A DNA stretch of 54,556 nt from an uncultured Candidatus Saccharibacteria bacterium (GTDB taxonomy: Bacteria; Patescibacteriota; Minisyncoccia; Phycocordibacterales; Zambryskibacteraceae): positions 268,831 through 323,386 of the forward strand of contig CAZXQA010000001.1 in the NCBI GenBank assembly GCA_964642835.1, read 5' to 3'. The translations under genes were made by a program, and so were the position numbers. The notes beneath the pieces are model-generated. The model saw only the letters and a list, made by a program, of their open reading frames with translations, was not told the origin of the DNA and searched no databases. Below, piece by piece: positions 29,035 to 37,337 of the stretch; the stretch's first letter is position 1, and each line of letters begins with the position of its first letter.

Positions 29035-29235
29035 ATGGCCGATAGCTTCAACAAATCAGAGACAACAGTGAAACTGGCTGCAGTGTCGTACTGGGGTAGC
29101 GTGGCTATGGCCACCACTCTCTTAGGGATTCACAGCCAGAGCGTGTTGGTGGCAATCGCGGTTGCGCTGCTGGGCTTTGCCGGTAGAATGCTCAGCGTGA
29201 TCGTGTGCACTAGGGCCAGGGAGACACCCAAGTAA
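29035..29235 (+). CDS. small membrane protein (66 aa)
   Basis: It has GGAGG 7 nt upstream, two hydrophobic helices, and a strong terminator downstream. Confidence 0.55.
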   Translation: MADSFNKSETTVKLAAVSYWGSVAMATTLLGIHSQSVLVAIAVALLGFAGRMLSVIVCTRARETPK

Positions 29236-29247
29236 AACCCCACGCCG

Positions 29248-29289
29248 CCGCCGATCACTGGACCGCCAGTCGATCGGCGGTTTCTTTTA
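29248..29289 (+). terminator. intrinsic terminator
   Basis: The ccgccgatc...gatcggcgg hairpin is followed by tttctttt. Confidence 0.75.
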
Positions 29290-29419
29290 TATAAAACAAA
29301 ACCGACCCATGCGGGCCGGTTCTCTTTTTGAAACTAGCGCTTGGGTCACTCATAATTTTTGCTAAAAATTTGCTCGGCCCCGCCTCGGCACCGTCGTGCC
29401 TGCGGCCGAGCAAGCGCAA

Positions 29420-29448
29420 AGAAAAAACCGACCAGAGGTCGGATTTTT
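29420..29448. terminator. intrinsic terminator downstream of rpsI (bidirectional shape)
   Basis: gaaaaaaccgac-cagag-gtcggattttt. Confidence 0.65.
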
Positions 29449-29456
29449 CGAGAGCG

Positions 29457-29861
29457 TTAGCGCTTGCTCCACTGTGGGGCCTTGCGGGCCTTCTTGAGAC
29501 CGAACTTGCGGCGTTCCTTGGCGCGAGGGTCGCGCTTGAGGAAGCCCTTCACCTTGAGCTTCGTGCGGAGAGCTGGTTCGTTCTTCTCGAGAGCGCGGGC
29601 GAGGCCGTGGCGGAGAGCCTGAGCCTGAGAGGAAACACCACCACCGACGAGCTTGGCCGTGACCGTGAACTTCTCGGCCGTATCGGCAAAGACGGACATG
29701 ATGTCGGAGCGGAGCTGAGCGACCGGGAAGTAGTTCTCGAACTCGCGATTGTTAATGGTGAGCTCCATCTTGGCAGCCGGCGTGATGCGGACACGAGCGA
29801 CGGAGGTCTTCCTGCGACCAACGGTTTCAATATAGCGAGTGGCGTCTTTGGTAGCAGTCAT
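29457..29861 (-). CDS. rpsI: 30S ribosomal protein S9
   Basis: GRRKTSVARV...GGG.SGQA-type core, with the C-terminal end RRKFGLKKARKAPQWSKR. Confidence 0.95.
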   Translation of the reverse strand: MTATKDATRYIETVGRRKTSVARVRITPAAKMELTINNREFENYFPVAQLRSDIMSVFADTAEKFTVTAKLVGGGVSSQAQALRHGLARALEKNEPALRTKLKVKGFLKRDPRAKERRKFGLKKARKAPQWSKR

Positions 29862-29862
29862 G

Positions 29863-30210
29863 TTAGTCGGTTATAGTCAAATTCTTCATCATGCGAGGAC
29901 GAAGTTTGTTCTTGGGGAGCATACCATAGACGGCGCGGCGGAGCACTTCCTTCGGGCCCTTGGTGTCAACGACGTGCTGCATGCTCTCAAGCGTCAAGCC
30001 GCCCGGGTAGAGCGAGTGACGAGCGTACTTCTTGTCGCGGAGCTTCTTGGCACCGAGAGACATAGCAGCAGCAGCGCGAACTTCGACGGAAACGGTTGGG
30101 ATAGCATTCCTCGCGAAGTCGGTGCGGTTCTTGCCCATGAGAATAACTGCCACTTCCGTAGCAATGCGGCCGGGAACCTTACCTGTAGCGTCGATGACGT
30201 ATTTTTCCAT
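29863..30210 (-). CDS. rplM: 50S ribosomal protein L13 (short N-terminus, 115 aa)
   Basis: YVIDATGKVPGRIATEVAVILMGK...YPGGL...MLPKNKL is the L13 pattern. The ATG at 30210 follows the rplQ stop. The ORF track's longer extension overlaps rplQ. Confidence 0.9.
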   Translation of the reverse strand: MEKYVIDATGKVPGRIATEVAVILMGKNRTDFARNAIPTVSVEVRAAAAMSLGAKKLRDKKYARHSLYPGGLTLESMQHVVDTKGPKEVLRRAVYGMLPKNKLRPRMMKNLTITD

Positions 30211-30214
30211 AAAT

Positions 30215-30562
30215 TTAAACGAGTTCGATAACCGCTTCCGGAGCACCGTCAGAGGCGCGGCGGACCATCTTGGTGATCCTCGTGTATCCACCAGCCCTCT
30301 CTTTATAGCGGATCGCGAGGTCTGTGGCAATCTTTGCCGCGGCGATCTTCCCCACGCGCGACTCAAGGAGGCGGCGGGAGGCCTGCGTCTGCTTCTTACC
30401 CAAGGTGATAAGCTTCTCGATCATCGGGCGCAAGGACTTAGCCTTGGCCTCGGTGGTCTTGATCTTCTCTTCCGTCGCGAGCGCGTAGGCCAAAGACTTC
30501 ATCAGAGCCACTCTCTGGTTCTTCTCGCGGCCGAATTTTCTAAAAGTCTTTTGGTGCGCCAT
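30215..30562 (-). CDS. rplQ: 50S ribosomal protein L17
   Basis: HQKTFRKFGREKNQRVALMKSLAYALATEEKIKTTEAKAKSLRP...GGYTRI. Confidence 0.95.
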   Translation of the reverse strand: MAHQKTFRKFGREKNQRVALMKSLAYALATEEKIKTTEAKAKSLRPMIEKLITLGKKQTQASRRLLESRVGKIAAAKIATDLAIRYKERAGGYTRITKMVRRASDGAPEAVIELV

Positions 30563-30568
30563 AGTCGT

Positions 30569-31531
30569 TTACTTAAGAGTGATACCGAATTCGCCCAAGG
30601 CCTTCCTGATCTCCTGGATACCCTTGGCACCCAAGCCCTCGACTTCTAGGAGATCCTTCTCCTTCTTGCGAGCGAGACCACCAACGGTGCGGATGTTGGC
30701 ACTCGTGAGCGCGTTCTGCGTGCGAGCGGAGAGGTCGAGAGATTCGATGCGGGTCTTCAAGACTTCCGGATCAACTTCCGACTTCGTGACGTTGGCGCTC
30801 ATTTCCTTCATGGCCATCGGAGCGACTTCTGGCTCATCTTCCTTGAAGCCGACAACGGCCTTGAGCTGGTTAATCATGATCTCGATAGCCGAGGAGAGAG
30901 CGACGGTTGGAGAAACGGTGCCATCAGTCTCGATAAACATGCGGAGCTTGTTGAAGTCCGTGCGATCACCGACGCGCATGTTCTCTACTTCGTAGGAAGC
31001 GCGGCGGATAGGAGTGAAGATACCGTCGAGCGCAATCGAACCGATGTCAACGCGGTTCTTGTCGATCATTTCCTTCGGCATGAAGCCCAAGCCCTTCTCG
31101 GCCTTGATCTCCATCTCGATCGAAGCGTTCTTCGAAGTGAGGGTAGCGATCACCTGGTCCGGCGTGAGGATTTCAACCTGGCCTGGGACTTCGAGGTCAG
31201 CAGCCGTAACAACCTTCTCACCCTTGATCTTGAGAGAGATAGTCTGAGGTTCGTCGACAGTCATGCGCATGCGGATCTTCTTGAGGTTAAGAAGAATGGT
31301 GATGACGTCTTCCTTAACGCCTTCGATGACGGAGAACTCGTGAGTAACGCCCGAGATCTTCACGGCTGTGATAGCCACGCCCGGAAGAGACGAGAGGATA
31401 ATGCGGCGCAAGGAGTTACCAAGCGTGTGACCGTAGCCAGGGTAAAGTCCCTCAATTTCGAAAACGCCGGTCTCGCCCTCTTCAGAAATCACGCGAGGCT
31501 TGCTCGGAAGATGAATGGTGTAGTCGGCCAT
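30569..31531 (-). CDS. rpoA: DNA-directed RNA polymerase subunit alpha
   Basis: GYGHTLGNSLRRILLSSLPG is the N-domain and LDLSARTQNALTSANIRTVGGL is the C-terminal HhH domain. Confidence 0.96.
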   Translation of the reverse strand: MADYTIHLPSKPRVISEEGETGVFEIEGLYPGYGHTLGNSLRRIILSSLPGVAITAVKISGVTHEFSVIEGVKEDVITILLNLKKIRMRMTVDEPQTISLKIKGEKVVTAADLEVPGQVEILTPDQVIATLTSKNASIEMEIKAEKGLGFMPKEMIDKNRVDIGSIALDGIFTPIRRASYEVENMRVGDRTDFNKLRMFIETDGTVSPTVALSSAIEIMINQLKAVVGFKEDEPEVAPMAMKEMSANVTKSEVDPEVLKTRIESLDLSARTQNALTSANIRTVGGLARKKEKDLLEVEGLGAKGIQEIRKALGEFGITLK

Positions 31532-31558
31532 AAAATTAGCTATTGAAAACTGTTAAAT

Positions 31559-32161
31559 TTATCTGTTATAGAATCCGATAACGATACCGAGGTCGAACAC
31601 GTTCCCACCGCGATCGTACACCGGGGCGCCCACGACCTTTGCCTCACGCTTCTCCGGATTCGTCTCGAGCCAAGCGGGAGCAGTCTGACCCTTCATCCGC
31701 TCGGTCGTCTCAGCAAAGAGCGGAGACTGTGCCGAACCCGCGCGGATGCCCACGACGTCGCCTTCGGAAAGAAGAATGGAAGGCACCGTCACGCGGCGAC
31801 CGTTGACCGTCGCGTGACCGTGGCTCGCGGCCTGGCGAGCCTGGGCGCGAGTCTTTGCGAGGCCGGAGCGGAAGAGAACGTTGTCGAGACGGGTCTCAAG
31901 GAGAGCGAAGAGGGTGCCGGTCGGGTTAGCATTCTTACTGGCCTTGTCGACGTATCCGCGGAACTGAGTTTCGGAGAGACCGTAGGTAAAGCGAGCCTTC
32001 TGCTTCTCGTTCAAAGCCTGGCCGAACTCCGACTTCTGCTTCTTGAACTTGGCGGTCTTCTCTTTGCGCGCGAGGGAGAGACCGAACTTGGCGGTCTGCG
32101 TCTTCTCGAAGACAGGGGCTCCGAGGCGGCGTGCGATTTTGTACTTAGGTCCAATTTTCAT
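31559..32161 (-). CDS. rpsD: 30S ribosomal protein S4
   Basis: GPKYKIARRLG...LETRLDNVLFRSGLAKTRAQARQ..SHGH..VNG is the S4 domain. Confidence 0.95.
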   Translation of the reverse strand: MKIGPKYKIARRLGAPVFEKTQTAKFGLSLARKEKTAKFKKQKSEFGQALNEKQKARFTYGLSETQFRGYVDKASKNANPTGTLFALLETRLDNVLFRSGLAKTRAQARQAASHGHATVNGRRVTVPSILLSEGDVVGIRAGSAQSPLFAETTERMKGQTAPAWLETNPEKREAKVVGAPVYDRGGNVFDLGIVIGFYNR

Positions 32162-32176
32162 ACGTATATATAAAGA

Positions 32177-32620
32177 TTATGTGCGGCGAGCGCGCGGCGG
32201 CTTAGGACCGTTGTGCGGCACTGGGGTAAGGTCCTGAATGGTCGTAAGGTTAATACCCTTCGAGATAAAGCCGCGGATAGCGGACTCGCGACCGGAGCCC
32301 ACGCCCTTGATAACGACCTTCACTTCCTTAATACCGAGGTCAGCAGCCTTAGCGGCGAGGGTCTCACCGATCTTCGCGGCGGCAAAGGGAGTCCCCTTCT
32401 TAGCGCCACGGAAACCGAGCGAGCCCGAGGTCGACCACGCGAGAGTGCCACCCTTCGGGTCGGTCAAGACGAGCTTAGTGTTGTTGTAGGTCGACTCAAC
32501 GCAGAGAATACCAGAGTCAAAGCGGCGACCCTTAACCTTCGGCGCGACGACAGTCTCGGCAGCCTTTTCGGCTCCTTCGACGACCTTCTCTTCAGTTGTA
32601 GCGAGTTTCTTCTTTCCCAT
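32177..32620 (-). CDS. rpsK: 30S ribosomal protein S11
   Basis: STYNNTKLVLTD..G....STSGSLGFRGAKKGTPFAA...DLTPVPHNG.KPPR.RR. Confidence 0.95.
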   Translation of the reverse strand: MGKKKLATTEEKVVEGAEKAAETVVAPKVKGRRFDSGILCVESTYNNTKLVLTDPKGGTLAWSTSGSLGFRGAKKGTPFAAAKIGETLAAKAADLGIKEVKVVIKGVGSGRESAIRGFISKGINLTTIQDLTPVPHNGPKPPRARRT

Positions 32621-32629
32621 ATAGAAATA

Positions 32630-33010
32630 TTACTTCTTCTCGGCGATCTTCCTGCCGGTACCCATCGTCTTGCGGACGTTACCGCGACGAGTGCGGGAGT
32701 TGGTCTTCGTGCGCTGACCGCGAACCGGGAGACCGCGCATGTGACGAACACCACGGTAAGCCTTGATATCCTTCAAGCGCTTCACATTGGCAGCCGTCTC
32801 ACGCTTGAGGTCACCTTCGAGCGTCAATGTCTCGATGATGGTGCGGATCTTGTTCTCCTGGTCGATCGTCACTTCCTTGACCTTGGTAGCACCAGCAATG
32901 CCGGCCTGAACCAAGATCTCCTGCGCGCGAGAGCGGCCAACGCCGTAGAGCGTGGTCAATCCGATCTCAAGACGCTTTTCGTCTGGAATGGTGATGCCGA
33001 GAATTCTCAT
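32630..33010 (-). CDS. rpsM: 30S ribosomal protein S13
   Basis: MRILGITIPDEKRLEIGLTTLYGVGRSRAQEIL...RGLPVRGQRTKTN. Confidence 0.95.
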   Translation of the reverse strand: MRILGITIPDEKRLEIGLTTLYGVGRSRAQEILVQAGIAGATKVKEVTIDQENKIRTIIETLTLEGDLKRETAANVKRLKDIKAYRGVRHMRGLPVRGQRTKTNSRTRRGNVRKTMGTGRKIAEKK

Positions 33011-33127
33011 TTATCCTTGTCTTTGCTTATGACGCGGGTTGGCCTTGCACACGACGTACACGTAGCCCTTTCTTCGGACTACCTGGCATTTGGCACAGAT
33101 TTTCTTGACCGCAGCCTTTACTTTCAT
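33011..33127 (-). CDS. rpmJ: 50S ribosomal protein L36 (38 aa, below ORF-track cutoff)
   Basis: My own translation of the minus strand gives [38 protein letters not shown] followed by a stop. The stop abuts the rpsM start. Confidence 0.9.
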   Translation of the reverse strand: MKVKAAVKKICAKCQVVRRKGYVYVVCKANPRHKQRQG

Positions 33128-33164
33128 AAGGAACCCGTATTCTAACCCAAGCGGGTTTTATTGT

Positions 33165-33401
33165 CTAGAGCCTCTTAATAATCCGGGCTTTACCGCCATA
33201 CGGTTCGAGCTCCAAAAGTACTCTATCCCCCACTAAAACGCGAATGCGGTGAAGGCGCATCTTACCAGAAAGATAGGCGAGAAGCGAGGCATCTTCCTGA
33301 GCTTCTTGGCCCTCCACGGGGTCAAGCGTCACTCGGAACATAATGTTCGGGAGAGATTCAATAACAGTAGCGGTACGTTCGAGGTCTTTGTTAGCGGGCA
33401 T
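33165..33401 (-). CDS. infA: translation initiation factor IF-1
   Basis: [12 protein letters not shown]...[25 protein letters not shown] is the S1-like fold. It carries a small acidic insertion. Confidence 0.92.
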   Translation of the reverse strand: MPANKDLERTATVIESLPNIMFRVTLDPVEGQEAQEDASLLAYLSGKMRLHRIRVLVGDRVLLELEPYGGKARIIKRL

Positions 33402-34756
33402 TATTGTATGGCGGTTTTCTTAACGGTAATCTCGGCAGCCTTGGTCGGGAAGGTGCTCTTCCAGAACGGACGAATCGTGGCGGTAGCCGTCTTAACGGTT
33501 GGATAATTTTTTAATACTTGCGGAAGGTCTGAGGTGCCGCGGCCAGCGAGGTCGGCCTTGAGAGCCACCTCATCCGTCTGCCAGACAAGAAGCGCGGAGC
33601 CTGTAACCGTAAAGTCGATCTTATTGAGACCAAGGACATCGGTCGGGACTTCTCCGGCGAAGGCCACCTGGAGCTTATCGAGGCCCTCGATCACGACGGC
33701 ATCAGTCGCAGAGACCCCATCCTGCCCGAGTGAGAGAGCGGTGGCAAGGTCAGTCTTCTTGAACATGACGCCATAGAGCGTGCCGCGCATGTTGACCATC
33801 GCATCCCCGCTCGTCTGGGCGGGCGTCTGAGCCAAATCCTCATAGGTAATAGTCGAGAGTGATGGGAAGAGGATGAAGTCAGCTGGAACCTCAGCGGCAG
33901 CCTTCACGAGGAGGTCCTGGCGGATGTTCTGCTTGAGATCGCCCTTGGCCTTGGTGAGATCAGCGCCGTTCACGGTGCGCTCCTTGCCGATAAAGCCGTT
34001 CGTCATAGGAGTCTTCGAGCGAGCATAGATTGTGGCGGCGCGCGGCGTACCCTTAAGACCCGGGAGAGTGAAGTCGGTGAGCCCAATGTTGTAGCTCTGA
34101 CCTGGTTGATCCGCGGTCACGACGGCCTCGATAGAACCCGGCGTTGTCCCCTTCTTGCCCGGGATCGTAATCGCCTGAGCAATACGGTAGACCTTGCCGT
34201 CAGCGCTTTCGAAACGGGTGTTCTCGACCAATTTCTGCGGATCAGCAGAGGCATCATTATAAACAATGATCGTCCCCGAGGCCTTACGACTGACATCTGA
34301 CTCTCCGGAAGCCGGGACGGCAACGCCCTTATCCCCAGAGAGCTTCACGACACTATAGAGAAGACCCGTACCTCCACTCTTGTACGCGGAGTAGGTCTGA
34401 CCGGTAAAGGCGAGCGCCAAACTCTTGGGCGTATAGGCAAGTGTCGCCCCTTTGAAGAGGGAGAGGATGGCGAAGGTAAGGATAATGAGCGCCGCACCGA
34501 GAGAAAGCCAGATCGTCTTTCGAGAAGTGGTGTGCGGGCGAGGCGGGAGCGGCGTGTTGTATTCTACCGGCTCTCGCGTTTCGGGTTCATCGGCGAGAGG
34601 GCGCACGATGGGAGCGGGGCGTCTTACGCCATCCATCCCCACGGGAGCGGCTGGCATCGCGACGCGATCGGTGCGACGGCGGCCTTCGGGAATCGGAATG
34701 TTCCTGATGCTTCTGCGTCTCTCGGGTAGAGAAACGCCGTCAATGTTCTTGGGCAT
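33401..34756 (-). CDS. single-pass membrane protein with large extracytoplasmic domain, function unknown
   Basis: A Pro/Arg-rich N-terminus is followed by one TM helix ([20 protein letters not shown]) and a ~350-aa beta-rich domain. Its stop overlaps the infA start (TAATG). Confidence 0.7.
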   Translation of the reverse strand: MPKNIDGVSLPERRRSIRNIPIPEGRRRTDRVAMPAAPVGMDGVRRPAPIVRPLADEPETREPVEYNTPLPPRPHTTSRKTIWLSLGAALIILTFAILSLFKGATLAYTPKSLALAFTGQTYSAYKSGGTGLLYSVVKLSGDKGVAVPASGESDVSRKASGTIIVYNDASADPQKLVENTRFESADGKVYRIAQAITIPGKKGTTPGSIEAVVTADQPGQSYNIGLTDFTLPGLKGTPRAATIYARSKTPMTNGFIGKERTVNGADLTKAKGDLKQNIRQDLLVKAAAEVPADFILFPSLSTITYEDLAQTPAQTSGDAMVNMRGTLYGVMFKKTDLATALSLGQDGVSATDAVVIEGLDKLQVAFAGEVPTDVLGLNKIDFTVTGSALLVWQTDEVALKADLAGRGTSDLPQVLKNYPTVKTATATIRPFWKSTFPTKAAEITVKKTAIQ

Positions 34757-34781
34757 GTAGAAATTATACCTCGACTTATGA

Positions 34782-36413
34782 TTATTCCAATACTGCTTTT
34801 ATTCTTCTCACACCAGCGGAGACTGCTTCTTCCTTCACAATCTTGAAGTGACCGAGCAAAGAAATGTTTTCCACATGTGGGCCGCCACAGAATTCCTTCG
34901 AGTAAGCGCCCTCGAGTGTGTCCCCAATATAATAGACGCTCACCTCGTCAGGATATTTCTCACCGAAGAAGTGGCGCGCGCCCGTCGCCTCCGCCTCTGC
35001 CTTCGGCATGACGACCTTATGGACCGGAAGCGCGGCCGCGATCTTCTCGTTCACGATCTCTTCTACCTTCTGCTTTTCTTCATCGGTCATCTTGCGGTCG
35101 AAGGAGAAGTCGAAACGAAGCCGCTCCGGCGTAATGTTCGAACCCTTCTGCCCTACCCCATCACCCAACACATCGTGGAGCGCTTGATGGAGAAGATGGG
35201 TCGCGGTGTGATACTTCACCTCCATATCTGAGTGACCGGCGAGCCCGCCTTTAAACTTCTGGTCCGCACCAACGCGGGAAAGTTCCTGGTGTTTCTTAAA
35301 GTCTTCTTCGAATTTTGCGCGATCAATTTCGAGTCCCTTTTCCTTGGCAATCTCCTCAGTGAGCTCAAATGGGAAACCATAGGTCGTAAAGAGCACGAAC
35401 GGATCAACCCCTTGTTCAAACTTTTTCAAACCTTCATCAAGAGTTTTCTCAAATTTCGCTACTTCTTCAAGCAGAATCTGTTCTGTCTGCGAATTAAATT
35501 CGTAGAAAACAGCATAATCCTTCATGATCGCGCGGGCCACGGACAACAAATCCTTGTTCCTAAAATAAGCGCGGCGAATCAATCGACGCAAAATGTATCC
35601 TCTTTCAGTATTAGAAGGCACGACTCCGTCAGCAATCATAAAGACGGCCGCTCGAACATGATCAGCCACCACTCTTTCCCCCGTCGTATTGGGGTTGTGA
35701 GCAAATGCAAAAAGATCAGTATCAAATACCGTCTTTACTCCCTGAGAAACCATGGCCAAGCGTTCAAGACCCATGCCTGTGTCGATCCCCTTCGTTGGGA
35801 GCGGCGTGAGCGTCTTATCTTTCGATTGATAGAACTCGTTAAAGACAACATTCCAAATTTCAATCCCACCGGCATAAATTTCCGTTGTCGGACCGCACGG
35901 ACCTTCTTCGCCTGTCGGGCCCCAGAAGTTGTCACTGCGATCACATTTCCTGATCTCAATATTCGGATCGAGCGACTTCCAAATCTCGGCCGATTCTATG
36001 TCTTCCGGTACGCCAGGCTCACCTTCAAAAACCGTCACGTAGTCGATCTTCAGCCCCATCACCTTCGTCACAAATTCGTATGCATACGCAATCGCTTCCT
36101 TCTTCCAATACCCGCCGAAGGAGAAGTTGCCGAGCATTTCGAAGAAGGTCAGGTGACGTTCATCGCCCACTTCTTCAATGTCGGAAGTACGCACACTCTT
36201 CTGGACTGAAGTCGTGTTCTTGGAATTAAAATCCACCATCGGGTCCTTCTTACCAATATAGTAAGACTTGAACTGCTGCATGCCGGCAGTGGTAAAGAGA
36301 ACCGAGGCATCTCCGTCAGGCGCGAGCGAGGAAGACGGCACAATCGTGTGGCCTTTCGATTTGAAAAATTCTAAGAATTTTTGCCTGATTTCCGCAGAAT
36401 TCATAAAAAGCAA
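34782..36413 (-). CDS. alaS: alanine--tRNA ligase, compact form (543 aa) ending after the editing domain
   Basis: IRQKFLEFFKSKGHTIVPSSSL and FTTAGMQQFK mark the catalytic core. The editing-domain motifs HTATHLLHQAL and CGGPHV are present. No C-Ala region follows. Confidence 0.9.
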   Translation of the reverse strand: MLFMNSAEIRQKFLEFFKSKGHTIVPSSSLAPDGDASVLFTTAGMQQFKSYYIGKKDPMVDFNSKNTTSVQKSVRTSDIEEVGDERHLTFFEMLGNFSFGGYWKKEAIAYAYEFVTKVMGLKIDYVTVFEGEPGVPEDIESAEIWKSLDPNIEIRKCDRSDNFWGPTGEEGPCGPTTEIYAGGIEIWNVVFNEFYQSKDKTLTPLPTKGIDTGMGLERLAMVSQGVKTVFDTDLFAFAHNPNTTGERVVADHVRAAVFMIADGVVPSNTERGYILRRLIRRAYFRNKDLLSVARAIMKDYAVFYEFNSQTEQILLEEVAKFEKTLDEGLKKFEQGVDPFVLFTTYGFPFELTEEIAKEKGLEIDRAKFEEDFKKHQELSRVGADQKFKGGLAGHSDMEVKYHTATHLLHQALHDVLGDGVGQKGSNITPERLRFDFSFDRKMTDEEKQKVEEIVNEKIAAALPVHKVVMPKAEAEATGARHFFGEKYPDEVSVYYIGDTLEGAYSKEFCGGPHVENISLLGHFKIVKEEAVSAGVRRIKAVLE

Positions 36414-36423
36414 TATAGCATAA

Positions 36424-36455
36424 ATGAGAAAACCCGGCGCTATACGCGCCGGGTT
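36424..36455 (-). terminator. intrinsic terminator between the small Zn-ribbon gene and alaS
   Basis: aacccggcgc-tatac-gcgccgggtt is followed on the minus strand by ttctcattt. Confidence 0.75.
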
Positions 36456-36461
36456 CTGAAT

Positions 36462-36695
36462 CTAGGAGTGACAGTACTTCCTGATAATCTCGGATTTGAT
36501 TATCGGGGCCCGGATGCCGCCATAAAGAGGCAGCTCGGGAAGTGGCTGCTGGCACATGCCGCACTTAAGCACATTTCCAGCATGATCAAAGCGATGCGGG
36601 TGAGGACACGCGACAACACTCTTGCACGTGTCGCAAAACACGTCACCAGGGAAACCAGTTGCCCTAAGCGACGCAATCGGATGCGGACAACTCAT
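36462..36695 (-). CDS. small Cys/His-rich (zinc-ribbon-like) protein
   Basis: There are two CxxC pairs (CDTC, CGMC) plus two CPHP motifs. The ATG at 36695 is preceded by AAGGGGG, and the gene has its own terminator. Confidence 0.6.
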   Translation of the reverse strand: MSCPHPIASLRATGFPGDVFCDTCKSVVACPHPHRFDHAGNVLKCGMCQQPLPELPLYGGIRAPIIKSEIIRKYCHS

Positions 36696-36743
36696 GACAA
36701 CCCCCTTCATTCAGGAACAGGCCAGACCTAATAATACCACTTC

Positions 36744-37337
36744 TTACAAATCCTTCAACACCTGCATATCCCTCTCAAGAGTGACGAGCAATTCGCGATT
36801 ATAGATCGTAGCGGCAGGGTGATAGAGCGGAAGGAGCTTAAAGGTGGTGGCTTCTAGAACCTTCCCGTGGAGAGCGCCGATCGAGGCCACTTCCTTCTCC
36901 AACCCATATCGATTCATTACATACATCATCGCGAACCGACCGAGCGTCGCCACCACTTTCGGTTTAATAATTTCGATCTGCCTGTCGAGAAACGGGGCGT
37001 AGGTATCAATTTCTTCTGGCAACGGATCACGGTTCTTGGGCGGACGATCCTTCACGATGTTTGTAATATAGACATCCTCGCGCTTGATTCCCACTGAGTG
37101 TAAAAGCTTCTCAAGCACCTTACCCGCCGCGCCGACAAAGGGTCGCCCCGTCTTCGCCTCACTCTCTCCCGGCGCTTCACCGATAAACATAATCTTCGCG
37201 TCATGACTTCCCTCTCCGATCACTGGGAAGTAATGATTTTCTCTGCGATACAGAGCTAGAGGCGAATCCGCAAGCGCCACCACGTCGTCTTTGATTTGTT
37301 TGAGCGCGGGGGTTTTAGTATCCATATCTTTATTCAA
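36744..37337 (-). CDS. uracil-DNA glycosylase, family 4
   Basis: IMFIGEAPGESEAKTGRPFVGAAGKVLEKLL and the C-terminal HPAA motif fit family 4. Confidence 0.9.
   Translation of the reverse strand: MNKDMDTKTPALKQIKDDVVALADSPLALYRRENHYFPVIGEGSHDAKIMFIGEAPGESEAKTGRPFVGAAGKVLEKLLHSVGIKREDVYITNIVKDRPPKNRDPLPEEIDTYAPFLDRQIEIIKPKVVATLGRFAMMYVMNRYGLEKEVASIGALHGKVLEATTFKLLPLYHPAATIYNRELLVTLERDMQVLKDL

Noticed and set aside
29328-29876. A 182-aa + ORF across the rpsI region.
   Set aside because: It is antisense to rpsI and spans two terminator hairpins.
36381-36731. A 116-aa + ORF spanning the alaS upstream region.
   Set aside because: It reads through the 36424-36455 terminator hairpin and the alaS start. 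The antisense Zn-ribbon ORF has an RBS and a terminator.
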